A stretch of DNA of 64,000 nt. Source: Mobula hypostoma. Taxonomy: Eukaryota. Below the pieces are notes generated by a model. It was not told where the DNA came from and made no database searches. It worked only from the letters and a program-made list of their open reading frames with translations. The first letter of the stretch is position 1. The number at the start of each line of letters is the position of its first letter. Positions 36,100 to 49,505 of the stretch are shown here, in pieces. The position numbers and the translations under genes are program-made. The stretch lies in the NCBI RefSeq assembly GCF_963921235.1, contig NC_086107.1, positions 97,156,001-97,220,000 on the forward strand, in the 5' to 3' direction.

Positions 36100-39000
36100 T
36101 TTCCATTGAAACTCATATCAACCAGATTGTGAGATGGAAATCCACTTCTAGCTGCTACTGCTAAACGGAGAAGACAACGTGATTACTTGGAGACGATTGA
36201 ACACAACTTTAAGAGTTGTGTTTTTTGTTTCACGGACTCTTGTTCCTCCCATTCCGGAGACAGCGATTCAGATTGACGGGCCCACAATATACCGGCAAGA
36301 TAGGACTACTGCTTCTTTTATAACCAAAGGCTGGTGGGGGCGGGGCGGTGGGTTTGCTGCATGATAAATTCCTCATGGTGTACAAATGTGGAAGTGCTGT
36401 CCCAGTCTTGTTCACCAGACCTGGAACACCTCGTGATCAAGAGTCACCCATTTTACCCGCCACAGGATATTTCTGTGATCATTTCAGTAGTGGTGTACAT
36501 TCCACCTCAGCCAATGTCAGACAGGCTCTAGATGATCTGAGCAATATGATCAACATGCATAAAACAGCAAACCCTGATGTCTTCACCATCACTTTGGGGG
36601 ATTTTAACCAGGCCAGCTTGAAAAAGTCACTAAATAATCATCATCAGCAAATCACTTGTAGCACAAGAGGAAACAACACACTGGACCCTGTTACACCACC
36701 ATGCTATTCCACACCCACACTTCGGAAAGTCTGATCACCTGTCTGTACTTCTCCTGCCTAGGTATAGGCAGAGACTGAAGACTGCAGCACCAGTAGAGAG
36801 GACCAGGAAGGTATGTACAAGGGAGGCACAGGAGTGCTTATAGGACTGCTTGAGTCAGTGGACTGGTCTGTATTCAGGGATTCATCTTTGAATCTGGATG
36901 AGTACGCCACAGTTTTCACTGACTTCATTAAAACCTGTGTGGACGAGTGTTTGCCTACGAAAATTACTGTACATATCCAAATCAAAACCCATGGATGAAC
37001 CAAGAGGTTTCTAGTCTACTGAGGGCTGGATCTGTGGCATTTAAGTCTGGCAGCCCATATCTGTACAGGAAAGCCAGGTATGACTTGAACTGGGCTATTT
37101 CAAGAGATAAGAAACAGTTGTGAGTGATGAATAAACTCTTGTTGGACTTCCAGCTGGGTACAGGTATTGATTATGACCGACATTTCGATGACAAATTCTG
37201 CCACCTTCATTAGGGATGATGCTGGGCACGTCTAGTCCGGTGGTATTTATACCCCCGTCATCAGTCCCTCCTGATTGGTTGGTCTTAATCCAATCAGGTT
37301 TCCGCTCTCCCACCTTGTTTATATTTGAATTCCAGTTCTTAGAGCAAGACCTTTGTCTTCGTGAAAATTCTTTTCCTCTAGTTTTATTTCAATGGCTTCC
37401 TTTACCAGGCAGTCCCAAAAGCCACTGGCACGGCACAGAAGTAGTACTTCTCTATATTTCTATATTACTGAAGAAATGCCGGATTAATTCCATCCACAAA
37501 CCCAAGAGAAAGCTGCTTATGCAGGTGAACGATGACCTGGGGCTCAGGTTAGCTGGCATTTACAGGATTCCCTGTGAATGTGGAACAGTGTATATTCGCC
37601 AGATGGGATGCATCGTGGAAACCCGCATCAAGGAGCACAGGAGGTGTATCCATTTGGATTACCCGGAGAAATTGGCGGTGGCAGAACGTTGCATTCACAA
37701 TGGCCATAGGTCGATTTTGATGGTACAAAACTACTGTGCCCTGCCAATGGCTTTTGGGACCGCCTGGTAAAGGAAAGCCATTTAAAAAACTAGAGGAAAA
37801 GAATTTTAACAAAGACAAAGGTCTCACTCTAAGTAAGAACTGGAATTCAATTGTAAACAAAGTGCAAGAGTGGAAAACTGATTGAATAAGGACTAACCAA
37901 TCAGGAGAGACAGACCACAGGGGTATAAATACCACTGGACTAGACATGTCCAAGCATCATCCCTGATGAAGATGGCAGAGTTTGTCATCAAAATATCGGT
38001 CATAATCGATACCTGTAGCTGGCTAGAAGCCCCAGAAGAGTTTATTTATCATATATGCTGGGAAAGCAGTAGACTTTTTGTCAATTCTGGGTGAGGTTGA
38101 ATGTGACGTTGGATGAACGTCAACCCTGGCAGGGTTAGCAGGCCATTACTTCCTACAAAGCAAAACCCAACATCATGAATGGCAGTGATGCTTCACTCCC
38201 AGACAAGCTCAATGCTTTTTGCTCTTGCTTTGAAACGGAGCATATAACTACAGTTTCAAGGATCCCTGCTGCACCCAGTGACCCTGTGATCTCTGTCTCA
38301 GAGGCCGATGTCTCCTTTCAGGGGGGTGAAAGGTGACAGGTACCAATGGAGTACCTGGTAATGCTCAGAAAACTTGTGCCTACCAACTAGTGGGAGTATT
38401 CAAAGATATTTTTATTCTCTCACTGCATTGGTCAGAAGTTCCCACCTGCTTTAAAAGGGCAAGAATTACACCAGTGCCCTACAAGAGAAAGGTGAGCTGC
38501 CTTAACGAGTACCGTCCATTAGCATTCACGTCTATGGCGATGAAATGCTTTGAGAGGTTACTCGTGGCTAGAATCAACTCCTGCCTCAGCAAGGACCTGG
38601 ACCCACTGCTATTTGCCTATCGCCACTATAGGTCTAAGATGGACACAATCTGAATGGCTCTTCACTGGGCCTTTGATCACCTGAACAATACAAACACCTA
38701 TGTCAGGATGCTGCTCATTGACTATAATTCAGCGTTTAACACCATCATTCCCACAGTTATGATTGATAAGCTGCAGAACCTGGGCCTCTGTACGTTCCTT
38801 GGCAACTGGATCCTCGACTCCCTACTCGGAAGACCACAATCAGTGGGATTGGAAATAACATCAACACCTCGCTGACAAAGAACACTGGCGCACCTCAGGG
38901 ATGTGTGCTTAGCCCACTGCTCTACTGTCTCTATACCCATGACTGTGTGGCTAGGTATCGCTCAAATACTATCTATAAATTTGCTGATGATACAACCATT

Positions 39001-39255
39001 GTTGCCAGAATCTCAGATGGTGATGAAAGGGTGTACAGGAGTGAGCTATAATGGCTAGATGAATGGTGTCGCAGCAACAACCTTGCACTCAACCTAAGTA
39101 AGACCAAAGAGCTGAATGTGGACTTCAGAAAGGGTAAGACAAGGGAACAGAAACCAATCCTCATAGAGGGATCAGAAGTGGAGAGACTGAGAAATTTCAA
39201 GTTCCTGGGTGTCAAGTTCTCTGAGGATCTAACCTGGTCCCAACATATCGATGCA
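36100..39255 (+). mobile_element. Degenerate Rex1/Babar LINE (APE endonuclease plus RT)
   Basis: [42 protein letters not shown] and KFADD fragments; interrupted by a PLE. Confidence 0.9.
37128..38081 (+). mobile_element. Penelope-like element (family 2) with inverted 5' copy of its 3' end
   Basis: GIY-YIG remnant GIYRIPCECGTVYIRQ...RIKEH; 37128-37430 is the inverted copy of ~37740-38050; degenerate TSD. Confidence 0.85.
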
Positions 39256-40920
39256 TCTTTAACCACAGAATCAACCTGCGCAGCTGCTTTGAAAGTCCTA
39301 TAGACTCGGACCCAAAGATCCCTCTGATCCTCCACACTGCCAAGAGTTTTACCATTAATGCTATATTCTGCCATCATATTTGACCTACCAGAATGAACCA
39401 CTTTACACTTATCTGGGTTGAACTCCATCTGCCACTTCTCAGCTCAGTTTTGCAATCTATCAATGTCCCGCTATAACCTCTGACAGCCCTCCACACTATC
39501 CACAATACCTCCAACCTTTGTGTCATCAGCAAACTTACTAACCCATCCCTCCACTTCCTCATCCAGGTCATTTATAAAAATCACGAAGAGTAAGGGTCCC
39601 AGAACAGATCCCTGAGGCACACCGCTGGTCACCGACCACCATGCAGAATATGACCCGTCTACAACCACTCTTTGCCTTCTGTGGGCAAGCCAGTTCTGGA
39701 TCCACAAAGCAATGTCCCCTTTGATCCCATGCCTCCTTACTTTCTCAATAAGCCTTGCATGGGGTACCTTATCAAATGCCTTGCTGAAATCCATATATAC
39801 TACATCTACTGCTCTTCCTTCATCAATGTGTTTAGTCACATCCTCAAGAAATTCAATCTGGCTCATAAGGCATGACTTGCCTTTGACAAAGCCATGCTGA
39901 CTCTTCCTGATTATATTATACCTCTCCAAATGTTCATACATCCTGCCTCTCAGGATCTTCTCCATCAACTTACCAACCACTGAAATAAGACTCAGTGGTA
40001 TAATTTCCTGGGCTATCTCTACTCCCTTTCTTGAATAAAGGAACAATATCTGCAACCCTCCGATCCTCCAGAAGCTCTCCCGTCCCCAGTGATGATGCAA
40101 AGATCATTGCCAGAGTCTCAGCAATCTCCTCCCTCACCTTCCACATTAGCCTGGGGTACATCTCTCCGGTCCCGGCGACTTATCCAACTTGATGCTTTCC
40201 AAAAGCTCCAGCACATCCTCTTTCTTAATATCTACATGCTCAAGCTTTTCAGTCTGCTGCAAGTCATCACTACAATCATCAAGATCCTTTTCCATAGTGA
40301 ATACTGAAGTTAAGTATTCATTAAGTACCTCTGTTATTTCCTCCGGTTCCATACACACTTTCCCACTGTCACACTTGATAGGTCCTATTCTTTCACATCT
40401 TATCCTCTTGCTCTTCATGTACTTGTACAATGCCTTGGGGTTTTCCTTAATCCTGCCCACTAATGCCTTCTCATGGCCCCTTCTGGCTCTCCTAACTTCC
40501 TTCATAAGCTCCTTCCTGCTAGCCTTATAATCTTCTAGATCTCTAACATTACCTAGCTCTCTGAACCTTTTGTGAGCTCTTCTTTTCTTCTTGACGAGAT
40601 TTATTACAGCCTTTGTACACTACGGTTCCTGTACCCTACCATAACTTCCCTGTCTCATTGGAACGTACCTATGCAGAACTCCACACAAATATCCCCTGAA
40701 CATTTGCCACATTTCTTCCATACTTTTCCCTGAGAACATCTGTTCCCAATTTAAGCTTCCAATTTCCTGCCTGATAGCCTCATACTCCAATTGAACGCTT
40801 TTCTAACTTGTCTGTTCCTATCTCTCTCCAATGCTATTGTAAAGGAGATAGAATTATGATCACTATCTCCAAAATGCTCTCCCACTGAGAGATCTGACAC
40901 CTGACCAGGTTAATTTCCCA
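39255..40920 (-). mobile_element. CR1 ORF2 fragment
   Basis: ORFs 39471-40100 ([23 protein letters not shown]) and 40146-40505. Confidence 0.92.
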
Positions 40921-41222
40921 GCAGTTCGGCATAGACCTACTTCTGTGCTGTATTGACTTTATGACTTCCAAGAGCTCTGATTGGTTGAACCTACCAGAGA
41001 TTGTGTCTCACAAAAAAAAGATAAAAGCTGGTCAACAGTGAGGAAACTTCCCAACCATGAAAGGCAACAGTGTATACAGAGGATTATTATCCCATTATTG
41101 GGTATACAGTGCTACCCATTTAAAGAGTATATTCATTTAACCTGCCACCTATCACCACTGAAACAATGAGAGTAGAAGGAAGACATTGGTCACAAGCAAT
41201 GGATAAATGCTGAGCTCAGTCT

Positions 41223-41850
41223 CATCAGAATCAGAACCAGACTAAAGTTTAACATCACCAGCATATATGCCGTGAAATTTGTTAACTTTGTGGCTGCAGT
41301 ACAATGCAATACATGATAAATATAGAAAAAAACCTGAATTACAGTAAGTGTATAAGTGCATATTACATAGTCATATTAAAATAAGTAGTTCAAAAACAGA
41401 AACTAAAATAAAACTAATGAGGTAGTGTTCATGGGTTCAATGTCCATTCAGAAATCAGATGGCAGAGGGAAGAAACTGTTCCTGAATCACTGAGTGTGAG
41501 CCTTCGGGCTTCTGTACCTCCTTTCTGATGGTAACAATGAGAAGAGGGCATGTCCTGGGTGGTGGGGGTCCTTAATGATGGACACCAACTTTCTGAGGCA
41601 CAGCTCCTTGAAAATGTCTTGGATTCTGCAGAGGCTAGTACCTATGATGGAGCTGACTAATATTATCAGTCTCTGCAGTTTACACTGATCCTGTGTAGTA
41701 ATAGCAACCCCACCCCCAAATCAGATGGTGATGCAGCCTGTCAAAATGCTCTCCATGGCATATCTGTAGAAGCTTGAGTGTTTTAGATGGCAAACCAAAT
41801 CTCCTCAAACTCCTAATGAAATATAGCCACTGTCTTGCCTTCTTTATACT
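41223..41850 (-). mobile_element. Rex1/Babar-like LINE 3' fragment with (ATTCTG)n tail
   Basis: KKARQWLYFIRSLRRFGL motif; tail at 41223-41240. Confidence 0.8.
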
Positions 41851-44660
41851 TCTACTTCCATCTACCTGCACCGGGACTATAGCCTTCCATACCTCTACCA
41901 TCCATGAACCTGTCGAAACTTCTCTTAAATGTTGAAGTTGAGCTCCACTTGTGCTGGCAGCTTGTTCCACACCCTCAGAAGCCTCTGTGTAAGGATTCCC
42001 CTCATGTTCTCCTTAAACTTTTCATCTTTCACCCTTAACCCATGACCTCTGGTTGTACTCCCACCCCACCTCAGTGGAAAAAGCCTGCTTGCATTTACTC
42101 TATCTATACCCCTCATAATTTATCAAATCTCCTCTCAATGTTCTATATTCCAAGGAATAAAGAAATAACTTATTCAATTTTTCCTTATAACTCAGGTCCT
42201 CCAGATCTGGCAATATCCTTGTAAATTTTCTCTGCCCAGTTTCAACCTTTCCTGTAGGTAGGTAACCAAAACTGCACACAATACTCAAAATTAGGCCTCC
42301 CCAATGTCTTATACAACTTCAGCATAATTTACCACCTCCCGTACTCAACACCTTGATTTACAAAGGCCAATGTTCCAAAATGGACCTGTATTCCCAGATC
42401 CCTTGTTCTACTGCACTCCTCAGTGTCCTACCCTGGTTGCTTCTACCAAGTGCGAAACCTCACACTTGTCTGCATTAAATTCCATCTTCCATTTTTCAGC
42501 TTATTTTTCCAGCTGGTCCAGATCCCATTGCAAGCCACGATAATCCTTCTGGCTGTCCATTACATCCCCAATCTTGGTGTCATCTGCAAATTTGCTGATC
42601 CAGTTAACCACATTATCATCCAGATCACTGATATAGATGACAAACAGCAAAGGACCCAGCACCGATTCCTGTGGCACTCTACTAGTCACAGGCCTCCAGT
42701 CAGCGGGATAACCATCTACTACCACTCTCCGACTTCTCCTACAAAGCCAATGTCTAATCCAATTTACTACATTATCTTGAATTCCAAGCAACTGAATCTT
42801 CCTGACCAACATCCCATGTGGGACCTTGTCAAAGTCCTTGCTAAAGTCCATGTAGACAATATCCACTGCCTTCCTTCATCAACTTTCCAGGTAACTGCCT
42901 GGAAAAACTCCATAAGATTGGTTCGACACAACCTACTCCACATGAAGCCATGTTGACTTTCCTTAATCAGTCCTGTCGCTTAGAATACCTTCTAATAATT
43001 TTCCCACTACTAATGTCAGGCTCACTGGCCTATAATTTCCTGGTTTATTTTTCGGGTCTTTCTTAAACAGTGGATCAGCATTGGCTATCCTCCAATCCTC
43101 TGGTACCTCGCCTGTCGTTAAGGATGATTTAAATACCTTTGCTAGGACCCCAGCAATTTCTGCACTTGCATCTCGCGCTATCTGAGGGAACTTCTTGTCA
43201 GATGCTGGGGATTTATTCACCCAAATTTGTCTCAAGACAGCAAACACCTCCCCCTCTGTAATCTGTACAGGGTCCATAAAGGTGATGCCACTTTGCCTCA
43301 CTTCTACAGACTCTGTGTCCACCTCCTAAGTAAATACAGATGCAAAAAAATTCATTTAAGATCTCCACCATCTCTTTAGGCTCCACCTGTCTCATTCATT
43401 AATAGCAGATTACGTATCGCACGTTCTCTTGTTGGCACTTCTATGTACTGATTAACGAAACTTTCCTAAACACATTTGACAGACTCTATCCCATCCAGTC
43501 CTTTAATGGTATGGGATTTCCAGTCAATATGTGGAAAGTTAAAATCACCTACTATAACAACCTTTTGTTTCTTGGAACAGTTTGCGATCTCTCTACAAAT
43601 TTGTTCATCTAAATCCCTCAAACTGTTGGGTGGTCTGTAATATAGCCCCATTTACGTGGTCATACCTTTCTTATAGCTCAGTTCCACCCTTAACGCCTCA
43701 CCAGACGGGTTCTCTATTCTGTCCTGACTGAGAACTATTGCGATATTTTCCCTGACTAGTATTGCCACTCCTCCTCCTTTAATTCCTCTTGCTCTATCAT
43801 ATATAAAACAACGGAACCCCGGAATACTGAGTAGCCAGTCCTATCCCTCTTGCAACCAAGTCTCATTAATTGGTACAATATCATAATCCCAGGTGTTGAT
43901 CCATGCCCTGAGCTCATCTGCCTTTCCTTCAAATCTTCTTGCTTTGAGATTAGATTAGATTATGAGGACAGGCAGTCCTCTTTTATTGTCATTTAGTAAT
44001 GCATGCATTAAGAAATGATACAATATTCCTCCGGTGTGATATCACAGAAACACAGGACAGACCAAGACTGAAAAACTAACAAAAACCACATAATTATAAC
44101 ATATAGTTACAACAGTGCAACAATACCATAACTTGATGAAGAACAGGCCATGGCACAGTAAAAAAGTTCAAAGTCTCTCGAAAGTCCCACATTTCACGCA
44201 GACGGGAGAAGGAAGAAAACTCTCCCTGCCATGCCGGACCACAGTCCGACTCTGAGTCGTCCGAAAACTTCGAGCTCTGATCAGCCCTCCGACACCTGAG
44301 TACCGAGCACCATCTCTATCCGAACACTTCGACCTCAGCCTCGGTCGCCAGCAGCAGGCAAAGCCAGGGATTTTGGGGCCTTCCCTCCGGAGATTCTCGA
44401 TCGCACAGTAGTGGCGGCAGCGAACCGGGCATTTCAGAAATTTCTCCAGATGTTCCTCTGCTTCTCATGTCTGTCTCCATCAAATCAGAATTGTGCACAG
44501 CGTCCTACTTACAAATACTGATATCATTTCACCGGAGAGCTGTGCACGCTGCGTCGTGCTGCCATCTTCTCCTCCCGCCTGCTACACATCTCAGGACATT
44601 AGTTGCACCATGATCAACCTTTTGGTTCCTGACTTTATCTGAGGTCCTAACAACACAACA
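41850..44660 (-). mobile_element. Degenerate CR1 ORF2 (endonuclease plus RT)
   Basis: YYRPPNS, VGDFNFP, YRPVSLT, DFSKDFD and FADD fragments. Confidence 0.9.
43947..44580 (-). mobile_element. ~640-bp non-autonomous retroelement, copy 4
   Basis: Near-identical to 1453-2088; inserted near the CR1 ORF2 start. Confidence 0.85.
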
Positions 44661-45529
44661 CTGTTCTAGTTCCCATTCCTCTGTAACTCCAGCTAACTCT
44701 CTGTTAGCTATTTCCTCTGATTACTAGCATAATTACGGTCTCATCATCTAATTCCCTTCATTACCAGTAACTCTGGTAACCTTTACCTATCGCACTGTGC
44801 ACACTCGCAGTTTCAACAGATTACATTTCAACACAGTTTGTAAAGCAACTTAGAGTCCAAAGGTATGCTGACACCCTGCAATCAGGTCAAGGAAATAAGG
44901 ATAGGATGCTCCTCTTGACTGGTTTCCATGGTCCATAATGGAAAGACCGTCTGCATGGACACCAGTTGATGAGGGGTTAGGTCTAACTCTGAAACAATGT
45001 TGGTTGAGTAGTCCAACTGGCCAGCATTTGGTAAGGGGTCTCTTGGGTGAGGAACTCAAAGCTGAAGACAGTGGGGTTGTCTTAAACAATTTAGGAAACT
45101 TAATACCTTCCACATCATGGTGGATCTCAGTCCAAACCCTGCTGCCTGCATCCTGACTCGCACCAAGACCAAGTAAACCAATTCACTGAGCTCTGAGATC
45201 ATGCAGTCCTCAGTGGGGCATGGATTCAGTTTTATGTAGTTTCCACTCTTCTTCCTAATCCCACAGAGAGTCTCCTACCTTTTTCTCCATAAATTCCTTC
45301 AATACAACATAACCTAAAATCTTTACTTGTCAAATTCAGATCCCTTGAGCACTGGTCTGTTGACAGCCGTGCCTTCATCTCTGGAGTTCTCTCTCTCTGG
45401 ACTTCTCTACTTCTCTACTCCTCTCCTCCCTTTGGCCCAGTATTAGGTAATCCACTCTGGTATTACCATATATAGTTCACAACAGCCCTTTAAGGCATTT
45501 AACATGTTAAAAGTACATTTTAACTAAAT

Positions 45530-45955
45530 ATTCATTTACAGGATGTGAACTCCAAGGCTATCATTTATTGGTTATGCTTAATTACCCTTGAGAAAGTGGT
45601 GATGAGCATTTGTCTTGGGTCATTTGTACCAATACAAAAGAAAAGCTTGCTAAGCCATTTCATAGCCAGTCACATCACAATGAGTCTGGAGATATGTTGG
45701 ACCAGGCTAGGTTGAGGACAGCAAATTTCCTTCCCTAAGGGACACAAGTGAACCAGATGGGGTTTTATGACAATCTGCTAGTTTCATGCTCACCATTACT
45801 AATGCTATCGTTTTAATTCCAGATTTATGTAATTAACTGAACTAATTAACTGAAGTTAAATTCCACAGCTGCTGTGCTGGGATTTGAACTGATGCCTCCG
45901 GATATTAGCCCAGCCTTGTGTATTGCTAGTCCAGTAACACATGGCTCTGATGCCA
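45530..45955 (-). mobile_element. tRNA-derived SINE with LINE-derived tail
   Basis: Body matches 1-208; tail matches the LINE 3' end at 12450-12545. Confidence 0.7.
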
Positions 45956-46331
45956 TATATAAAGTTCTCATAAGGTTGTCTGTCTTCTCATTTTTACAAG
46001 AACCCCACGTCTAAGTTATTAAGAGGATCTCAGATACGCTACGCATCTGTCTAACTACTCACCCTGAAGCACACAGCACAGGGGTTTAAGAGGCACATGG
46101 AAAAGAGAATTCACAGATATCCAACTCATTCCTGACTTCTATGTCAGATCCCATTAATGAAGTAACATCACATGTCGAAGTGCAGAGCGAGCTGATCAGA
46201 AAGGAGCTAAGCTATTCTTTGGGGAGCGACTGCAAGGGCCCAAGGTTGCAGACTATTGTCTTATGACTGATAGCAGTCTCAGCCAGCGTGGAGAATTCCT
46301 GAGATAAACGAGCTCTGACAGAGATGGCCTT

Positions 46332-46345
46332 GTTGCCATAGCAAC
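46332..46345. promoter_or_regulatory. RFX X-box motif
   Basis: GTTGCCATAGCAAC fits the consensus GTNRCCATRGYAAC, in apparently unique DNA. Confidence 0.5.
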
Positions 46346-46553
46346 GTTCAACTTCAGCTTTATGACAGAGGGACAACTCTACCTGTTGCTATCAGAGGAG
46401 GAGCAAATTTCTGTAATCCTGACAATACTGGCCTCTGTGAGTTCTCCATCGAACCCCTTCACACTAAAGTGGATGTTTAACCAATCTAATTCTCCAGCCT
46501 CAATAAAAGTTAGGCTGAAAATTGAAAATGTATACAAGATTGAGACAATTAAT

Positions 46554-47483
46554 CTTTCCATCAAAGCCACCTAATCTACCCAACTTCCAACTGAAGCATT
46601 TTAATTCCCCCTGTTGGGAGGACCACAGGATGATGGATCACATACCCATCAGATTGATGTCCACCATCATTTGGGCCCAGATTTCTAACCAAGTAGAGGT
46701 CAGCAAAGTCCTTCCTTGCATGTGAAGCAGGTGGATGGTCCTAACTTATCAGTTCTCCTTTGGTTATTTACTCCAGATTTACTCATCAATGTGAGATTGC
46801 TTTGGAATAGCTAATCGAATGAAGCAGTTCCTCCCTGATCTCCTTTCAACCTGTCACATGTTTCAGTCCCTTGCCTTTACACTGTAGGATCCTTTACCCA
46901 CTGAACCTCCCCCACACTGCAGTGGTACATCTTGTAGAACTGGTGTCTTACATCTCTAGTGACCTGAGTTTAATCCTGATTTTGGATGCTGTCTGTGTAA
47001 TTTCCACGTGACCACATGGATTTCCTTGGGGTGCCCCAGTTTATTCCCACGTCCCAAACACCTGCAGCTTGATAAATTAAATGGGAACTATAAATTGTTC
47101 CTGGTGCAACCATGGGTGATTGAACCTGTGGGAAGCAAGAGAGTTGAGGAGAAAGTGGGGAAATTAAAGAAAAAGGAGTTAAGATAAGATTAGTCTAAAC
47201 GGTTCTTCATGGCCAATTGGAACAATGCTCTAGCTCTCTATGACTCTGAGTAGTCTTCACTGCTTTTCTATGCTAACTAATTCCTTATTCCACTAACCCC
47301 TAGATATAAACTTTCCATCAAAGCCACCCAATCTACCCAAATTCCAAGTGAAGCATTTTAATTCTACCTGTTGGAGGACCACAGGATGATGGATCACATA
47401 CCCATCAGATTGATGTCCGCCATCATTTGGGCCCAGATTTCTGGCCAACTAGGAGTCAGCAAATTCCTTCCTTGCATGTGAAG
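46554..47483 (+). repeat. Direct duplication of ~174 bp (46554-46727 and 47311-47483)
   Basis: The two copies are colinear and highly similar. Confidence 0.9.
46915..47110 (+). mobile_element. Degenerate V-SINE
   Basis: Decayed head and V-domain (GTGACCACATGGATTTCC...CCCACGTCCCAAA). Confidence 0.6.
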
Positions 47484-47794
47484 ATGGAGCACCATTGACA
47501 AAGCATGAGCTGTCTAATTTTAATCCCTACATTCTGAGGTAGATCAAGGTAGAAGGGAAAGGCACTAGGCCCACAATGAAGATAAAACTTTGACTATACA
47601 TTTATTTCTTCACCATGGAAATATTCTCCAAGACTGAGCAGGAAAGACATATCACAAACCTTAACTATGATGTTATACTACCCTTGCCATCCTCATCCCT
47701 TCTAAAGTCCACTCACATGCCAACCTCAGTCCCTGTCCTCATCATTAGGGAGCTGCCATCTTCCTCAGCAAAAGCACAAGCAATAGCCCTCCAA

Positions 47795-48410
47795 TGCGTT
47801 GACTCAATCATGAAGCAGCCACGCCAGCATCTCTACTTCATGAGGAATTTGAGGTGATTCGGTAGGTCACCAAAGGTTCTTGCAAGTTTCTATAGATGTA
47901 CAAAGGTGAGCATCCTGGCTGGTTACATCACAGCCTATACAATGCCCAGGTTTGCAAGAGGCTGCAGAGTCATAGACCCAGCCAACTGTATCGTAGGGAC
48001 TGCCCTCCCCACCACTGAGGATATCTTCAAGAGGTGGTGCCTCAAGATGGTGACATCCATCATTAAGGACCCTCACCACCCTGGACATGCCCTCTTCTTT
48101 TTACTGCCATCAGGGGGAGGTACAGGATCCACGCTCAACCATTCAATAACAGCTACTTCCCCTCTGCAATCAATTTTCTGAACAGTTCACAGGAGCCTGA
48201 AGACCCACACTCAACAATTCAGAAGCAGCTCCTTTCCCTCTGCCATAAATTTTCTGAACTGTCCATTTATGAACAACCAGGAACTCATTATTCCTTTTTT
48301 TACTGCACTATTTATTGTGTAATTTATCATAATTTTTTATTTTTGTGCTGTACTATTGTTGCAAAACAACAAATTTCATGTCACAGAAGACAGTGATAGT
48401 AAACTTCATA
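47795..48410 (+). mobile_element. Rex1/Babar-like LINE 3' fragment
   Basis: IIKDPHHPGHALFFLLPSG; duplicated segment at 48125-48265. Confidence 0.8.
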
Positions 48411-49075
48411 CTTGCCAGCACTGAAAAGATGAAGAGCTGAAATTTGCAAAATGTGTTTTAATGCTGAGACTTCATTTTTTTGAGTGTATTTAACATTGCA
48501 GTCCAAAAGAAGCCATTTCCATTTTATCACATTGAAAATGCTGTTTTTGCAGTCTTGGGTAAGAATTTTTCATACTTACCTAGTTGTTTTTTGGAATTGT
48601 GCAGTACAAAAGGAGGCCTCTGCCCATCATTCCTGTGTTGACTCCTCGAGAGAGCAAACATATCAGTCTCACTCCTCTGTTCTCCACAGCGAGTATTTCC
48701 TTCTTAAACATTAACCTAATTCCTTTTGAAAGTTGTTATTGAACCTGTTTCTCCCATCCCATCAGAGAATATACTCCCAATCATAAAACATCATTCCATC
48801 AAAATACTTTCCTTCCTGTCATTTCTTGTGCTTTTCTTTTCAATCGTTCGACATTAAATCTGATTATTATCCAAGCCATTTGTCAAAGAGACCCAGCTTA
48901 TTGAAAATGGAAGAATGTAGAGCATGTTTCTGAAAAATATCTCTTTTCTCATGGAATGACAGCGATTTATAATATAGCAGGAGGCTGTTCTGACACTATT
49001 TGGAGTTCAGAGACTATAGAAGGTGACAGGACTGAATGAGATGGGATGTGTTGGGGATTGTGCAAAGTTATAGAG

Positions 49076-49154
49076 TGGGGTTCCCAACTTTTTTTATGCC
49101 ATGTATGCCTACTATTAACATAAGAGGCTGTAGACCCCAGGTTGGGAACCCCTG
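49076..49154. mobile_element. hAT-Charlie-type mini MITE
   Basis: TIRs GGGGTTCCCAAC/GTTGGGAACCCC; flanks TTATAGAG/CCATAGAG; related decayed copy near 35170-35235. Confidence 0.7.
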
Positions 49155-49505
49155 CCATAGAGGGATTTGAGCTCAAGATAGATAACTTTAAAGTCACAAA
49201 GAAAACTCTCAGTTCTCTATTTAAGTGCTGGCCAGATCTACACCGAAATTTGCTCTTGCAGCCTTAGCAGCTTCGCAAACAGTCTCTTCCACTCAGAGGT
49301 CAGTGCTTGCAACTTACTGAGAGCCCTGGCCACATCCAGCTTGCTGGAAAACCCCAAAACAGAGAGGAAGGCATCCCTGTGACTGCTGCGTTTCTTTACT
49401 CTCCTTTGTTTGAAAGTAGAATCGGAATGGTACAAATTCAATTTAAAGAACTTTAAACATGCCTCTGTTTAAATAATTCACACATATATAACTGGTTAGG
49501 ACACT

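Noticed and set aside
46620..46680. SECIS element or C/D snoRNA in the duplicated block
   Set aside because: ATGA...AA spacing is present on the minus strand but helix II does not pair, and there is no proper C box/D box arrangement
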